From the IMG/VR virus record IMGVR_UViG_3300042260_000337: a stretch of 64,000 bases of DNA. One strand, given 5' to 3'. The notes under the pieces are model-generated. The model was not told where the DNA came from. It saw only the letters and a list, made by a program, of their open reading frames with translations, and made no database searches. The DNA comes from a virus (taxonomy: Duplodnaviria; Caudoviricetes). Below, in pieces: positions 12,701 to 21,016 of the stretch (positions within the stretch are counted from its first letter, which is position 1; every line of letters begins with the position of its first letter). Position numbers and translations under genes: made by a program.

Positions 12701-13196
12701 CAGAGTGGAAGGAAACGCCACCATAAATACAGAAAACGATTATGATGGCGGAACTCTGTTACAGTCTATAACTTCGTATACAAACGTTGCGGGGGGAATT
12801 GACACTGGTTTCATTACATCCAAGTCAAGAGATATTCTAGTGCTTACGCAAAATGGATACACAGATGAGACGAGAACAACATTGACCGAAAAGAAGTTTT
12901 TTGTTTATGACCAATTTGGTAGAGGATACATTGTTGAAGTTGACAAAATGGGAACCATCAGCCAGTTTGATGGAGATACCGTAACTGTCAACCAGCAAAG
13001 TTATTTCAAGTCTGCCAAGGGTGATACTAAACGACTATCAATATTGGACAATGGCTCACAGATAGAATTTTTCCTATATGACAAGAAGGATGGAACTGAA
13101 TTGAGAATTTCAGACCGTGGAGTTTACACTGGTAAAATGTCTAACTTCTCAAATGGAGATGCCATTTACACTGTAAAATCAGTAGTCGAAATATAA
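3792..13196 (+). CDS. Giant (3134 aa) multi-domain virion structural protein (baseplate/tail-associated)
   Basis: Uninterrupted ORF starting 3 nt after the wedge gene stop. It has repeated 'VY(V/I)NG' beta modules, two CBM5/12-like modules, a Thr/Ser/Val-rich beta region and five 'I..QIN'-type repeats. Confidence 0.7.
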   Translation: MKDKVYDFLPAHLKNSELENIFNATLDRVFSKGKVEKIRSFVGRKEKGIYNSKNSYVEYPFSQSYRNDYSFEPVYANPNIQDNVFYDDLLNLIYNKGGLINDHRRLFTNEYYTINLPIDADKFCNWAMYYWVYPGFDESISGSNLKHYVTIDKNQNNWWGVNNSWYHFDDIKNLLTVDNKHLIKKASRPIIEFDKGLELSTTSSTKPIEDLDFEEPTFALYGPTGLSQEGSKIFSYVTGTAEDYPYDAELMLYPKLIAGDYQSEYSYIISLPESLTCKLNGDDLSIYIPSNFKYRNVRQEKPEGLVSFINLEYEPSSENDIDVYVNGVRQIGNYSYDNRTITLDTPTSEYVYVDYSTASPIDEKKPYTFQRVNPSVEYNPDGVSHVNVEFSYSTIFEHLIRIIETAVGLEGEPISSSNFRTLIGTDKTKLNDQGSVMIKSGVDLAFAYFAINRDDFNPFAAVESLSTYYNSFKNKLVLTIQEILKSADQGNKTDTEILEEALKTISINKSTVYKVFDSVFMLDYGVKNNHYQELTVTNVAGSLEQFMPQFDNPVVSDSDVAVYVNGVIQIYGHDYTISSTGGEILFKTYAPSSTDIISVRNYINREDLRIPPSSVKLGISPSYIPSFQTDNEFSEPVEFIIGHDGSKTPRWNDRTDNILLEYEIRVYNKLSVYETNIDYMNYGVFSTANTDYSYAEKNHIAYPFFKKWMVKNEISNMYNDTFNPNDWKTWNYSALNSALPGNWRGIYSYLYGTDNPLIEPWKAAGLSQKPEDFDIDYGPDYTSPSFWAMLISDNMLDVPVPVYTSGELKSIDDLLYSGSITNQVIQTLKSDWYFGDGSPVEMAWKRSSEYSFISFIEMMLQRPFDVISKYRDKINYIVSLYTKILGINFNAVERERNNYQFKLGSKLSGFVNNFVLLSENESLVNSKYSEIPSDNYNLFIHASVPSRTENFSAITIERVSLDKQYPTYSIDNTADYLVGDIVINPNDGKYYKRKIAGQTDKEEAQSITFDYSAWILVPQPKVKQFGFRIHGYIDLHPEFPAFEWDTASGEKVYETVGDKLVIANWKQNTFYRQNDYVLYDNKPFVCLETHTSLTTFGDSLTKWKAVGTWPRVNKTYAYGYNKVDETRVKTYKYGEVLTSADDVVHLLVGYQEYLQSRGWKFLDIFENSYPINFENLIPQFLDWTAENHTVGEYISLTPLKENGEFDSPHGVAKVGKDTFKNYYRVVDAEGNKISENDISFYTTGNSLTWKSSHPVYGMMIDITDIEHAFVVDRVDSYNDIIYDPLNHNRNLRMLIDCNRAVDWDGTMATDGYIVYGNKMIPNFETVIDEIQNYRDTILDQSLENINLLKASHIGFFPREYFNRMGIERESQLEFYKGFLAGKGTKESINRLVNLESNITDIENSDVWAFKMAEYGNNNSRRKESKVVNISDLRKTPYVVTYDNIEYPMETTTAISPVPLKTTGYVDSTYISHVVMNTSSLTSLNVSKIFEGDIAWVQFDDDREWDVLRLSEIAEIVYLGETPDAQLYIALTNEIPTDKEIFLRVVSSGIQPEIQGYFYPVYESTQTYNGMPVYLYLIFDMNYEAVIVEIDTSTSNSVYVPTQSIPYVEANGSVVNPNIVDGDTLVINGNSYVYDPVGVGTTRVQIYGSEFSVNPFVQAGERIRISVFDSFGQLANNNSTVTFTGTVAETENPVTSEIGDQINIDGTILTVAASSDSEIVIVSDNNELTEVPVGSTILVDGQTVATFEKIVVNGTTNNLTLSSTKALSVNGTIITFTVPTGTTIGTNSTELFSNVTTPVPSIQLASAMTNYLPGNITVSNGIDAPYVLTTSAYTYNSNTKVITFDTPIQDGQVASVQTETQILVADSITTSFTLTGPFNTADRIIVGSYTEGTEYSINGSNIVFVTAPTSDVTVTYETDILVNQDSVVDITVQLVAQPVAQFLDIDDIVSIINASSAPVTASKSASNSLNIEYSGAVLTMNGSILIDFGMSSTSSFRESTYQNVVDQIDSVVDLTSYLNSNEQIVITTTNPTVTLSGTALTHIGMDDGVYNAVANPTKNSIVEQINNLNILNLQASVTTSGIEIYKNNHLLTISEVTTGAMSRLGFTSSTVVVRASDLIAEQINAQAFANDSSIGYASVVDSRIKITSPQKSIAISSLNGNALDDIGIPAGTYLATTTILSSASAFKDQINSVATDVTVSISSDGRMIFVGNNNVISFAGTEQEILDKIGLYREYTSITSSNDFKVMDWKSVRYTPNYNGETFGEFYDNLGLNGISFIWADEYDGNGWAVLARKPDGTLTVMQRQAPRVNVENINRLIITDDQTNHRMYSLYDPLNLKFPGDVGANLSYVSWQDPAQYEFDVTRDKWTDSHVGEFWWNTTNARYYRYNDYGDVNGNIDANFARKYWGKLVPNSEIKVYRWTVSTTIPDDVTKFNKVVYNDPATNSNVVKYYFWTAESIGQEEDDLTPSDVKMMIENRKMSDNFIPIANNKILVSNSKEVLKGQRVKFELDYYTDKSRNESHSDWHLVSEKDSTPIPDELCQEFIDSISGAIIEDSISNVIVAEEIDEIGNVIISGIDFLNYCDLTDSVVMINSNLVQPSFFSYNGDTLEIDYSYAAMVGDVVRVYKLSRNFNNWFKNLPEARRNFGYIVNEYMKRKVIGGFAYNWKEYVSDYENSLVSLDYWSLNSKYDTIDYFEYLSKTKSFDMNGLYESGIQSFKVSTDEDGYYFPIDGVLRMVHRTNTSLRISHENVITPKLNTEYYENALSVQTIEFMNMMKEYAEPSFMKKLFLEMVKYMLTEKTYPDFIFKTSYFDLIMKNNGLKQSAIYLRDYYDDMIDYVNDTKPYHAKIRNVTNRFSTQESMNNSVTDISNMTVRMKFGNSDYYTIIVDESFDADPIIYDIDKKFNPSPEPLTLTVYINGVKIRDQYYSIENGHLVFNTNGDILDGSTSGAISIEVGDRITVSRTNSRYALNRVEGNATINTENDYDGGTLLQSITSYTNVAGGIDTGFITSKSRDILVLTQNGYTDETRTTLTEKKFFVYDQFGRGYIVEVDKMGTISQFDGDTVTVNQQSYFKSAKGDTKRLSILDNGSQIEFFLYDKKDGTELRISDRGVYTGKMSNFSNGDAIYTVKSVVEI

Positions 13197-13210
13197 ACAT
13201 CTAACATATT

Positions 13211-13218
13211 GATAAATA
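13211..13218 (+). promoter_or_regulatory. T4-late-like promoter box GATAAATA
   Basis: Intergenic match to NATAAATA, upstream of the structural gene starting at 13248. Confidence 0.5.
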
Positions 13219-13247
13219 TAATAAATCATAACGAAGAGAGACAATAC

Positions 13248-13907
13248 ATGTTCAATGATAAAATAGAACCTTCAATAGTTGGTTCTCTTGTAATAAGAGA
13301 CAAGAACACTGGCGAGATATTGGTAAAAAAGAAAAACGCCATACACCAAGGCAACATGGCATATATAATTGCCTGTGCCTTGGCTGGCACTGCTACATCT
13401 GTAAATGTTGGTGGTGGTAGTCCTTCTATAAACTGGATGGCATTTGGCAATGGTGGTTCTGTTTCAACTACAACATTGGCATATCGTTCACCTCGCGTAT
13501 CAACTATATATGACGAGCAAAGTATGTCAACTAGCACTTCAAGTTTGTATGCTAAAACATATGAAACTCAAACGTCAAGCGTAGTATATTTTCCGGGTCA
13601 AGCACTCAGTGAAACTGAATATGTGCCAAACAGTACAGCAAAAATCGTATTCACCGTTGAACTGGACCATAATGATATTGCGGCATACACTGGTGCTACC
13701 ATACCAGAAAGTGATAGTTCTACTGATGAAGCATCATTAGCAGCATTTACATTTGACGAACTTGGTTTAGTGGCGGGTGTAACGGAAGCTGGTGTTATGC
13801 AAGAAGACAAATCGCTATTGGTTACTCATGTGGTATTCCATCCTGTTCTGTTGTCTGCGAACAGAACAATCATAATTGATTACACAATAACAATTCAAGT
13901 AAGCTAA
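13248..13907 (+). CDS. Putative virion structural protein (baseplate/tail-fibre attachment type)
   Basis: The ORF track start is TTG 13209; ATG 13248 (MFNDKIEPS) is preferred. Motifs 'EILVKKKNAIH', 'AFGNGG', 'FDELGL', 'THVVFHPVLLSANRTIIIDYTITIQ' are typical of small tail/baseplate proteins of large myoviruses. Confidence 0.55.
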   Translation: MFNDKIEPSIVGSLVIRDKNTGEILVKKKNAIHQGNMAYIIACALAGTATSVNVGGGSPSINWMAFGNGGSVSTTTLAYRSPRVSTIYDEQSMSTSTSSLYAKTYETQTSSVVYFPGQALSETEYVPNSTAKIVFTVELDHNDIAAYTGATIPESDSSTDEASLAAFTFDELGLVAGVTEAGVMQEDKSLLVTHVVFHPVLLSANRTIIIDYTITIQVS

Positions 13908-13916
13908 GAGAGAACA

Positions 13917-14789
13917 ATGGCAGTAGGCGATATAATATATGCAGCGGACTTGGCGACATTACGGACCACGCTGAACACCATTTTGAATGATAGTTCAGTT
14001 GCAAGCGGATATAATCAAGCAACAACTATTACAGCTAATCCGGCAATAACTAATATAATTGACGATGCTTTCCATGATACAATATATTCTGCGTCTGGAA
14101 TTTTAGCAAACTATTATAACATTGTAAACCCATTTTTGGTAGTAAACGCTGACGGTATTATAAATTGGGCTGATTATGCAACATCGGCAAGCACATTTAA
14201 CAGCACAATAACAACACAGCATGCTGCTCCATGGACGTATTCTGCTGGTTGGGATACAACCACTGCTACTGAACTAACGTCTGCTATTTCAAACTGGAAC
14301 GGCGCAAAGACTTTTGATTTCAATATCGCGTTTTCTTCCACTGCACATATGAACTCTTGGTTTACAGCGGGCGGCGAAATTCGTATCAGTGCTTCACATT
14401 CGTCTGCGGCAACTCCACAGGCAGTTTCTTGGCAACAACTTTGCACTGAACTAGGGACATTCCGCATATCAGTTCGTCCGACTGATACTACCGACACAAA
14501 CTTGTCTGTTAGAAAACTATACAACGATTTGACTGGTGCATATACCACTGTAAAATTGATATATGCTGATGCAACCAGTTATTCCACTAACTACATTCAA
14601 ATTCAGGCGTATAAAACCACGACTACAGTTTATGTCAGAATGATAATAAATGATGCACATGCCAACGTGTTTTCTGACATTGTATCTGGCACCACGACCG
14701 CTACAGTGTCATCTTTGAAGTTGTCTAATACGGTAGGATCAGTAAATATAACAAACCCAACGTTCACGTCAACGGCTGTGTTCGTATAA
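13917..14789 (+). CDS. Thr/Ala/Ser-rich putative virion structural protein, paralog of 14805-15731
   Basis: Shares 'F...F......WF.AGGEIRI' and 'W..L' blocks with the next gene; preceded by GAGAG; lies in the structural operon. Confidence 0.6.
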   Translation: MAVGDIIYAADLATLRTTLNTILNDSSVASGYNQATTITANPAITNIIDDAFHDTIYSASGILANYYNIVNPFLVVNADGIINWADYATSASTFNSTITTQHAAPWTYSAGWDTTTATELTSAISNWNGAKTFDFNIAFSSTAHMNSWFTAGGEIRISASHSSAATPQAVSWQQLCTELGTFRISVRPTDTTDTNLSVRKLYNDLTGAYTTVKLIYADATSYSTNYIQIQAYKTTTTVYVRMIINDAHANVFSDIVSGTTTATVSSLKLSNTVGSVNITNPTFTSTAVFV

Positions 14790-14804
14790 TCGGAGAGAGG
14801 GTTT

Positions 14805-15731
14805 ATGTCACCACAAAGTTATTATATCGGCGGTAAGATACGAGCGGAAGATTTCAATACATTTATTGGAAATATAAACGATATAGTAGGCATAGGTGCT
14901 GGGGATTCTGGTTATGGGCAAGATCATCTTGTCATGGAAGAACTATCACCAACGCAAAAAATTAGAGCATCGCATTGGAACAAATTACTAAACGCAATAC
15001 ACGTTGTTGCCGACCACCAAGGCACTTCCGTTTCTGTTCCAGAATCAACAAATGACCCACTGTTTCCTGCGGCAAATAAGGTCATTGAACTTATACCAAC
15101 TCTAACAACCGATATTGCGAATGTGGTTGCCAACAAGTTAAACTATGACCCAGCACAACTTGTGATTGAGACAAATAAGATTTCTTCGTCTCAGACATAC
15201 GTTGACCCATCATCTGGTATACCAAATTGGGTTGGAACCGTTTATTATGAATTTTCGACCAATTTTGACAATGACAACCACCGCAGACATTTTTTCAACA
15301 CTGGTGGAGAAATACGTATTGGATGTGATTTGTTACCGTCTGGTTCCGACCAACAGTCGGTAGATTGGGAAAACTTACTCAACAGTGTAGCAACGATTAA
15401 GATGAATATCAATACTACATATTCATCTACTGGGGTTGGAACTCCTGGTCCTGGGTTCAACACGCTTACCAATTCATTCCAGCTAGTATATACGAAAGGC
15501 GGAACTGGAAACTATTCGTCAAACCAACTAAACATATATGCCAAATTAAACACCAACCATGGAATCACGATTAAGGTTAGTTTTGATGATGTTCACAATC
15601 CGAGCACTGGAACTGGTTGGACTGGGGACGATTATGTTGCTGGTGTATTGACTATTCAGGTAGATCAGCAACGGGCGGATGGCGTGGTTGTAATTGCTTC
15701 TCCAACATATAGTCATATTTCTGAACTATGA
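14805..15731 (+). CDS. Putative virion structural protein, paralog of 13917-14789
   Basis: 'FFNTGGEIRIG', 'W..LL' and N-terminal 'GxGDSGYGQ' motifs; GGAG/GAGG RBS upstream. Confidence 0.6.
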   Translation: MSPQSYYIGGKIRAEDFNTFIGNINDIVGIGAGDSGYGQDHLVMEELSPTQKIRASHWNKLLNAIHVVADHQGTSVSVPESTNDPLFPAANKVIELIPTLTTDIANVVANKLNYDPAQLVIETNKISSSQTYVDPSSGIPNWVGTVYYEFSTNFDNDNHRRHFFNTGGEIRIGCDLLPSGSDQQSVDWENLLNSVATIKMNINTTYSSTGVGTPGPGFNTLTNSFQLVYTKGGTGNYSSNQLNIYAKLNTNHGITIKVSFDDVHNPSTGTGWTGDDYVAGVLTIQVDQQRADGVVVIASPTYSHISEL

Positions 15732-15733
15732 TG

Positions 15734-15762
15734 TTGACATAATATTCATTTTTTGATATACT
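15734..15762 (+). promoter_or_regulatory. Sigma70-type promoter TTGACA-17bp-TATACT
   Basis: TTGACA at 15734-15739, 17-bp spacer, TATACT at 15757-15762, followed by AGGAG RBS and ATG 15783. Confidence 0.8.
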
Positions 15763-15782
15763 TTTGGAAAAGGAGTATATCT

Positions 15783-16163
15783 ATGTCTATAGAAGAAAAA
15801 AAAGATGTTGATGTAGAGCGCCTCGAAAAGGCGCTTCATTTTTCAAATACAATGCAGACCTTCAATCTGGCAAAAAATAATCTCAAAGTTAAAACTCAAA
15901 ATCTTCTTTCATATTCTCAATATGGTGGAACTTTTAATATTACCCAAGAGTTCATTGGGTTTTTAAATGCAGTTAAATCTGCTGGTAGAAAAAATATAGT
16001 AATTCTAGACAAAAACGAAACTCCAATAAAAATCGAAGATGTGTCTGACTTTTTAGATAATGTTCTTTCTGTTTATTTTGAAGTGGTAAACGAATATAAT
16101 AATGAGTATCAAAAACTAAAAAGTTCTCGTAAGATAGAAAAGTTTTTGGACATAACAAAATGA
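15783..16163 (+). CDS. Hypothetical protein (126 aa), first gene of the enzyme island
   Basis: ATG 15783 follows AGGAG; ATGA overlap with the next gene. Confidence 0.7.
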   Translation: MSIEEKKDVDVERLEKALHFSNTMQTFNLAKNNLKVKTQNLLSYSQYGGTFNITQEFIGFLNAVKSAGRKNIVILDKNETPIKIEDVSDFLDNVLSVYFEVVNEYNNEYQKLKSSRKIEKFLDITK

Positions 16164-17017
16164 GCAGAGGCATTATAATTCTGGCAAACAATACCCCAGA
16201 TGTTAATTACGCAGCGATGGCTTGCTTATGTTCAGACTTTGCCAGACATAATTTGTCAAAGTTCGATGAAATTGCAATTATAACTAATTCAGAAACATAT
16301 GACGAAAATAAAGAACTGATTGATAAAAAATTTGACAGAGTTATAATTGATGACCATAAGCCATTTGTGAATATTAGATTGTTCAAGGATACTTCTTACC
16401 ATACATTCAAATCTGAATGGAATAATCATGGAAGGTCATCTGTATATGAATTATCTCCATATGATGAAACCTTGGTGATTGATAGCGATTACTTCGTTAT
16501 GAGTAATATATTGGACCAAGTATGGGGAAGCCAAAACGATTTTATGATAAACTCATCATTTGTGGATTTGGCTGGTCGTCAGGAAGAACGTCTTATTTAC
16601 ATAGACGAGTTTACTATTCCAATGTATTGGGCAACAGTATTCTATTTTACCAAATCTAAATTCAACGAAACATTGTTTACTCTTATAAATCATATAAGAA
16701 ACAACTATAAGTATTATTGCTTGTTATACAATTGCCCAAGTGCAATGTTTAGAAATGACTTTGTGTTTTCAATTGCATTACATATTATAAATGGAAATGT
16801 GGCAAATAATATCCCAACACTTCCATTTCAATATTTGAACAATAGTTTTGACTTGGACGATATATACAAAATAAATTCCTACAATGAAATTACCATGCTA
16901 TTTGCAAAAAAAACAGACGCTACCGATTATGTGTTTGGAAAAATAAAAAATATGGATATTCACATTATGAATAAAAAGGCCATATTGCGGCAGTTGTCGG
17001 AGTTTTTAAATGAGTAA
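16160..17017 (+). CDS. GT-A fold glycosyltransferase-like protein
   Basis: 'SPYDETLVIDSDYF' DxD motif and N-terminal 'RGIIILA' strand; paralog of 17010-17873. Confidence 0.6.
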   Translation: MSRGIIILANNTPDVNYAAMACLCSDFARHNLSKFDEIAIITNSETYDENKELIDKKFDRVIIDDHKPFVNIRLFKDTSYHTFKSEWNNHGRSSVYELSPYDETLVIDSDYFVMSNILDQVWGSQNDFMINSSFVDLAGRQEERLIYIDEFTIPMYWATVFYFTKSKFNETLFTLINHIRNNYKYYCLLYNCPSAMFRNDFVFSIALHIINGNVANNIPTLPFQYLNNSFDLDDIYKINSYNEITMLFAKKTDATDYVFGKIKNMDIHIMNKKAILRQLSEFLNE

Positions 17018-17873
17018 AGGTTATATATGCATTGCTCAGAATACCGCAGATCATGATTATTTGAACATGTCATATGCGATGGCGCTGAGTTTGAAAGCAA
17101 CACAGAAAATAAACAATGTGTGCCTGTGTGTTGATGCTCCTACAAAATCCATGCTCACTGGAAAGCACTATGCAGTTTTTGATGATATTGTAAGTATACC
17201 CTGGCACGACGATGCACAGTATAAGCCAACTTGGAAGATACATAACAAGTGGAAATACTCTCATATGACACCATTTGATGAAACAATAATTTTGGACAGT
17301 GATGTTGTATTTACTGAAAATATTGACCACTGGTGGAGCTACCTGTCAAAGCGAGACTTTTGGGCTTGCACCAACGTAAAAACGTTTCGTGGTGAAAATA
17401 TTACAGGGGACTACTACAGAAAGAAATTTACTGACTCTAACCTACCAAACATATACACAAATTTTACATATTTCAAACAATCCGACCTAACATATGAAAT
17501 AACCAGAATGGTTGAGTTCATAATGAAAAACTGGAATGAGTTTTACAAAAAATTTCTTCAAGGTGTAGGGCAAGAGTGGTTGAGCGCAGACTTGGCATAT
17601 GCCCTTGCTATTCGTCTGTTGGACGTTGAGAATGAAACATGTGATAATACCATTAAAGATGTTCCAACGTTTGTTCACATGAAGAGTTTTGTGCAGAATA
17701 TAAATATCAACAAAATAAATGCGGATTGGACAAAAAGCCTAACGAGCCAACTTTCAGATGATTTGTCTGTAACGATTGGTAATTTTAGGCAGGAAGTTCC
17801 AGTTCATTACGTTGAAAAACATTGGATGACAGAAGAAAAAATAAAGACATATGAGAGATTTCTTGGAATATGA
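17010..17873 (+). CDS. GT-A fold glycosyltransferase-like protein
   Basis: 'TPFDETIILDSDVVF' DxD motif, a late 'FVHMK' His and 'HYVEK'; resembles GT8/mannosyltransferase-like folds. Confidence 0.6.
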   Translation: MSKGYICIAQNTADHDYLNMSYAMALSLKATQKINNVCLCVDAPTKSMLTGKHYAVFDDIVSIPWHDDAQYKPTWKIHNKWKYSHMTPFDETIILDSDVVFTENIDHWWSYLSKRDFWACTNVKTFRGENITGDYYRKKFTDSNLPNIYTNFTYFKQSDLTYEITRMVEFIMKNWNEFYKKFLQGVGQEWLSADLAYALAIRLLDVENETCDNTIKDVPTFVHMKSFVQNININKINADWTKSLTSQLSDDLSVTIGNFRQEVPVHYVEKHWMTEEKIKTYERFLGI

Positions 17874-18445
17874 TAAAAAGCGTTACCAACAAAACAGTTC
17901 CGCTAAGATATGTCTATTTTAGCAACGAAGGAACAATCACAAAAATATCAAGTAAAAATGACGACGAAAGTGATGACATGTGGGCAACATTTGATATTGC
18001 AGATGTAAAGCCATTCATTGATGGTTCGTTCAAGTTTTCAGATTATGTGGTAAATAAAAATACAACGGACATGGGATACTCTATTGTTAAAAAGAGAGTG
18101 GACGTAAAAAGCCGTGCGATAGAAAGCCAGATACGAAAAATTACTACTTGTAAAGATGCTGAAATTATGATATTATTAGAACAAAATAGCATAAAGATAA
18201 AAGCAGCTAAAAGCGTAATAGAGAAAGATTTATCTTCTGACCAAGAAGTTATGATTGCTGGAAAATCAAGCCATCCATTTTTTATTACGATAAAGGATAG
18301 ACCAGATTTCATTTTACAAGAAGTTTCGGTCCCATATAACATACTGTTGACAGGAGAAACATTTTCTGAGTCAATACCATATAACCATTCAGCGGTTAGT
18401 ATCTATACACGACCGTATTTTAATACATATTCATTGGAGACATAA
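17870..18445 (+). CDS. Hypothetical protein (191 aa)
   Basis: Coupled by ATGA overlap upstream and abuts the next ATG; no motif recognised. Confidence 0.65.
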   Translation: MIKSVTNKTVPLRYVYFSNEGTITKISSKNDDESDDMWATFDIADVKPFIDGSFKFSDYVVNKNTTDMGYSIVKKRVDVKSRAIESQIRKITTCKDAEIMILLEQNSIKIKAAKSVIEKDLSSDQEVMIAGKSSHPFFITIKDRPDFILQEVSVPYNILLTGETFSESIPYNHSAVSIYTRPYFNTYSLET

Positions 18446-19426
18446 ATGGCAAAAATAGTAATCGGTGACTTAGATGTGTTTTATCTAAGCTATGATGAAC
18501 CAAACAAAGAAGAACATTGGGCGAATCTTTTGCAGAAGTTCCCGTTTGCTAAACGAGTGGATGGCGTCAAAGGATTTGACAATGCACATAAAGAATGTGC
18601 AAGGCAAAGTGAAACTGAACGTTTTATTACGATTGATGGCGACAATATTGTCAGCGACGAAAAGTTCTTTGACCTTGAAATTAGTATCCCAGAAAATACA
18701 AACATGGCAAACTCAGTTCTTAGTTGGTCGGCAAAGAATGTAGTAAACGGTCTGGTGTATGGAAATGGTGGAATTAAGTGTTGGCCAGTTCAACTTGTGT
18801 TGGACATGAAAACCCACGAAAACGCTGATAACGAATCAAAGAAGTTAGACTTCTGTTGGGATTTGAATTACATTCAAATGAACAATGTCTACTCACATGT
18901 GTTCAATGCTGGTTCTCCATTTCAGGCGTTCCGTTCAGGTTATCGTGAAGGTGTAAAGATGTCTCTGGATCAAGGACATGTTGTTCCAGCAAAGCAGTTC
19001 AAAAAACGTATATGGCCAAAGAACTATGAGCGTCTTTTGACTTGGTGCAATATAGGAGCAGACGTTGAAAATGGACTATGGGCCATATACGGCGCAAGAT
19101 TGGGATGCTTGGAAACTAATATAACAAAGTCGCTTCCAATTGATGGTATATCAAACTATGAATGGTTTAAGGATTATTTTGACGCTGAAATTCTTCCAGA
19201 ATTTAAAAATGGCGATGAGTATTGTAATAAAACCAAAGTTCACTGGAGCTACGATAAACTGTATGATGCCACACTTGATGTTGGCGACCAATTGATGGAT
19301 TCATTAGCAATGGAACTATGCGACCCGACTCCTGAGATGTCTGCGTTCTTCAAACGAGTTTATGTGAACCCACCACGGGTGGCAAACCCAATAGCCACCG
19401 AAAAACAAACTGGATGGGACAAGTAA
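18446..19426 (+). CDS. GT-A-like glycosyltransferase, paralog of the C-terminal domain of 40951-43392
   Basis: 'FYLSYDEPN', 'AKRVDGVKGFDNAHK', 'IDGDN' (DxD), 'NGLVYGNGGIKCWP', 'PFQAFRSGYRE'. Confidence 0.6.
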   Translation: MAKIVIGDLDVFYLSYDEPNKEEHWANLLQKFPFAKRVDGVKGFDNAHKECARQSETERFITIDGDNIVSDEKFFDLEISIPENTNMANSVLSWSAKNVVNGLVYGNGGIKCWPVQLVLDMKTHENADNESKKLDFCWDLNYIQMNNVYSHVFNAGSPFQAFRSGYREGVKMSLDQGHVVPAKQFKKRIWPKNYERLLTWCNIGADVENGLWAIYGARLGCLETNITKSLPIDGISNYEWFKDYFDAEILPEFKNGDEYCNKTKVHWSYDKLYDATLDVGDQLMDSLAMELCDPTPEMSAFFKRVYVNPPRVANPIATEKQTGWDK

Positions 19427-21012
19427 TGAGTAAAACTCTAGATGATTTTAACTGGGAACGGCAAAAAGGAAGTAATGACATAATATCGTCACATTCTAAT
19501 GTCGAAAATGTAAAAGTATTGCTTGATAGCAAGGGACCAGGATTTTGCCTAGCAAAATTCAAGCAAGTGACACTTCATTTGGGAACTGGGTTGGTGCATT
19601 CATGCCATCACCCTAGTCCCCATAAGATTGACAAAACCGAGTTAGAAAACAACGTAATGACATTATTCAATACGTCAAGATTGAAACAAGTTCGCAAGCA
19701 AATGCTAAACGGAGAAAGACCTCGCGAATGCGACTATTGTTGGCGCATTGAAGATAACAAAAGCACCAGCGACCGTCATTTCAAGAGTGTTGAGCCATGG
19801 GCGATTGGCGACCATGACAAAATTGCGTCATACACTGGCGACGAGGATATATTTCCCTCATATCTTGAGGTTGATTTTAGTAACGTATGTAACCTACAAT
19901 GCACTTATTGTGGACCAGAGTTCAGTTCAAAATGGGTTGAAGACCTTAAACATAACGGTCCATTGAAAGTTTTAGAGGGAACTCCAAGCGAAAGTTGGGT
20001 TCAGGGCTGGCAAGACTTAGAAACGCTAAACATAAAAAATCGTGATGTCAACCCTTATATTGATGCATTTTGGGAATGGTGGCCATCTGCATATCCACAT
20101 CTAAAACATTACCGAATTACGGGCGGTGAACCTCTGATGAGTAAAGAAACCTTCCGCAGTATGGATTGGTTTATAGAGAACCCAAACCCAAATCTTGAGT
20201 TCAGTATCAATACAAATCTTTCTGTTCCCGATAAATTGTGGGAAAAATTTGTTGAAAAGTTAAAGTTACTGAATGATGGTAAAACTGTTGCAAAGATTAC
20301 GGTTTACACCAGTGTTGAAGGATGGGGTGCAGCCGCTGAGTATGCAAGAACTGGTCTGGATTTTGAACTCTTTAAGCGTAGATTTGAAGAATTGGCTTCT
20401 ATAGGAAACGTCCGTTGTGTGATTATGGCCGCTTTCAATATATTTAGTGTCACTACATTTCAGAAACTACTTGAATGGGTGTATGAGTTAAAATGCAAGC
20501 ATAATACTAATGTTGGAGCAATAGGGATGGAAAAAGAAACTGGGTATGCGTTAGCATCTCCTAGTTTATCAGACCGTGAAACTCACAATCCAACTCTTGC
20601 TCGTTCATACGTAGTGGGGCTTGATATTCCATATTTGAGAAGTCCTGCCATGTTGGATGCACACAATATTTCGCATGAGTTGGTTGAAAAGTATTTGATA
20701 CCATCACTAGACTACATGGCAAGCCATGCTGCATGGGATTCTTGGAGTAATCATCAAGGATTTGAACGTCACGAAATTGAAAAACTTCGTAGAATTGTTG
20801 TTCATCGTATGTATCATAACAGAAAGAACGACCCAACCGACAGCCATTTTGAGACTCTTAAACAGCGGGCAATGTTTTACGACTTTGTAAATGAAAACGA
20901 CAAGCGCAGAGGGTCAAACTTTTTGAACTCGTTTCCTGAAATGACTGAGTTCTACCAGTTGTGTGAAGCCGCGAAAAAAGAGTTTATCTCGCTTCTTGGA
21001 AATAAACAGTAA
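19426..21012 (+). CDS. Radical SAM protein 1 with N-terminal twitch-type domain
   Basis: CxxxCxxC 'CNLQCTYC', 'ITGGEPL'; N-terminal 'FCLAKF...SCHH...CDYCW'. The start at 19426 (TAATG overlap) is preferred over 19414. Confidence 0.9.
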   Translation: MSKTLDDFNWERQKGSNDIISSHSNVENVKVLLDSKGPGFCLAKFKQVTLHLGTGLVHSCHHPSPHKIDKTELENNVMTLFNTSRLKQVRKQMLNGERPRECDYCWRIEDNKSTSDRHFKSVEPWAIGDHDKIASYTGDEDIFPSYLEVDFSNVCNLQCTYCGPEFSSKWVEDLKHNGPLKVLEGTPSESWVQGWQDLETLNIKNRDVNPYIDAFWEWWPSAYPHLKHYRITGGEPLMSKETFRSMDWFIENPNPNLEFSINTNLSVPDKLWEKFVEKLKLLNDGKTVAKITVYTSVEGWGAAAEYARTGLDFELFKRRFEELASIGNVRCVIMAAFNIFSVTTFQKLLEWVYELKCKHNTNVGAIGMEKETGYALASPSLSDRETHNPTLARSYVVGLDIPYLRSPAMLDAHNISHELVEKYLIPSLDYMASHAAWDSWSNHQGFERHEIEKLRRIVVHRMYHNRKNDPTDSHFETLKQRAMFYDFVNENDKRRGSNFLNSFPEMTEFYQLCEAAKKEFISLLGNKQ

Positions 21013-21016
21013 ATAA

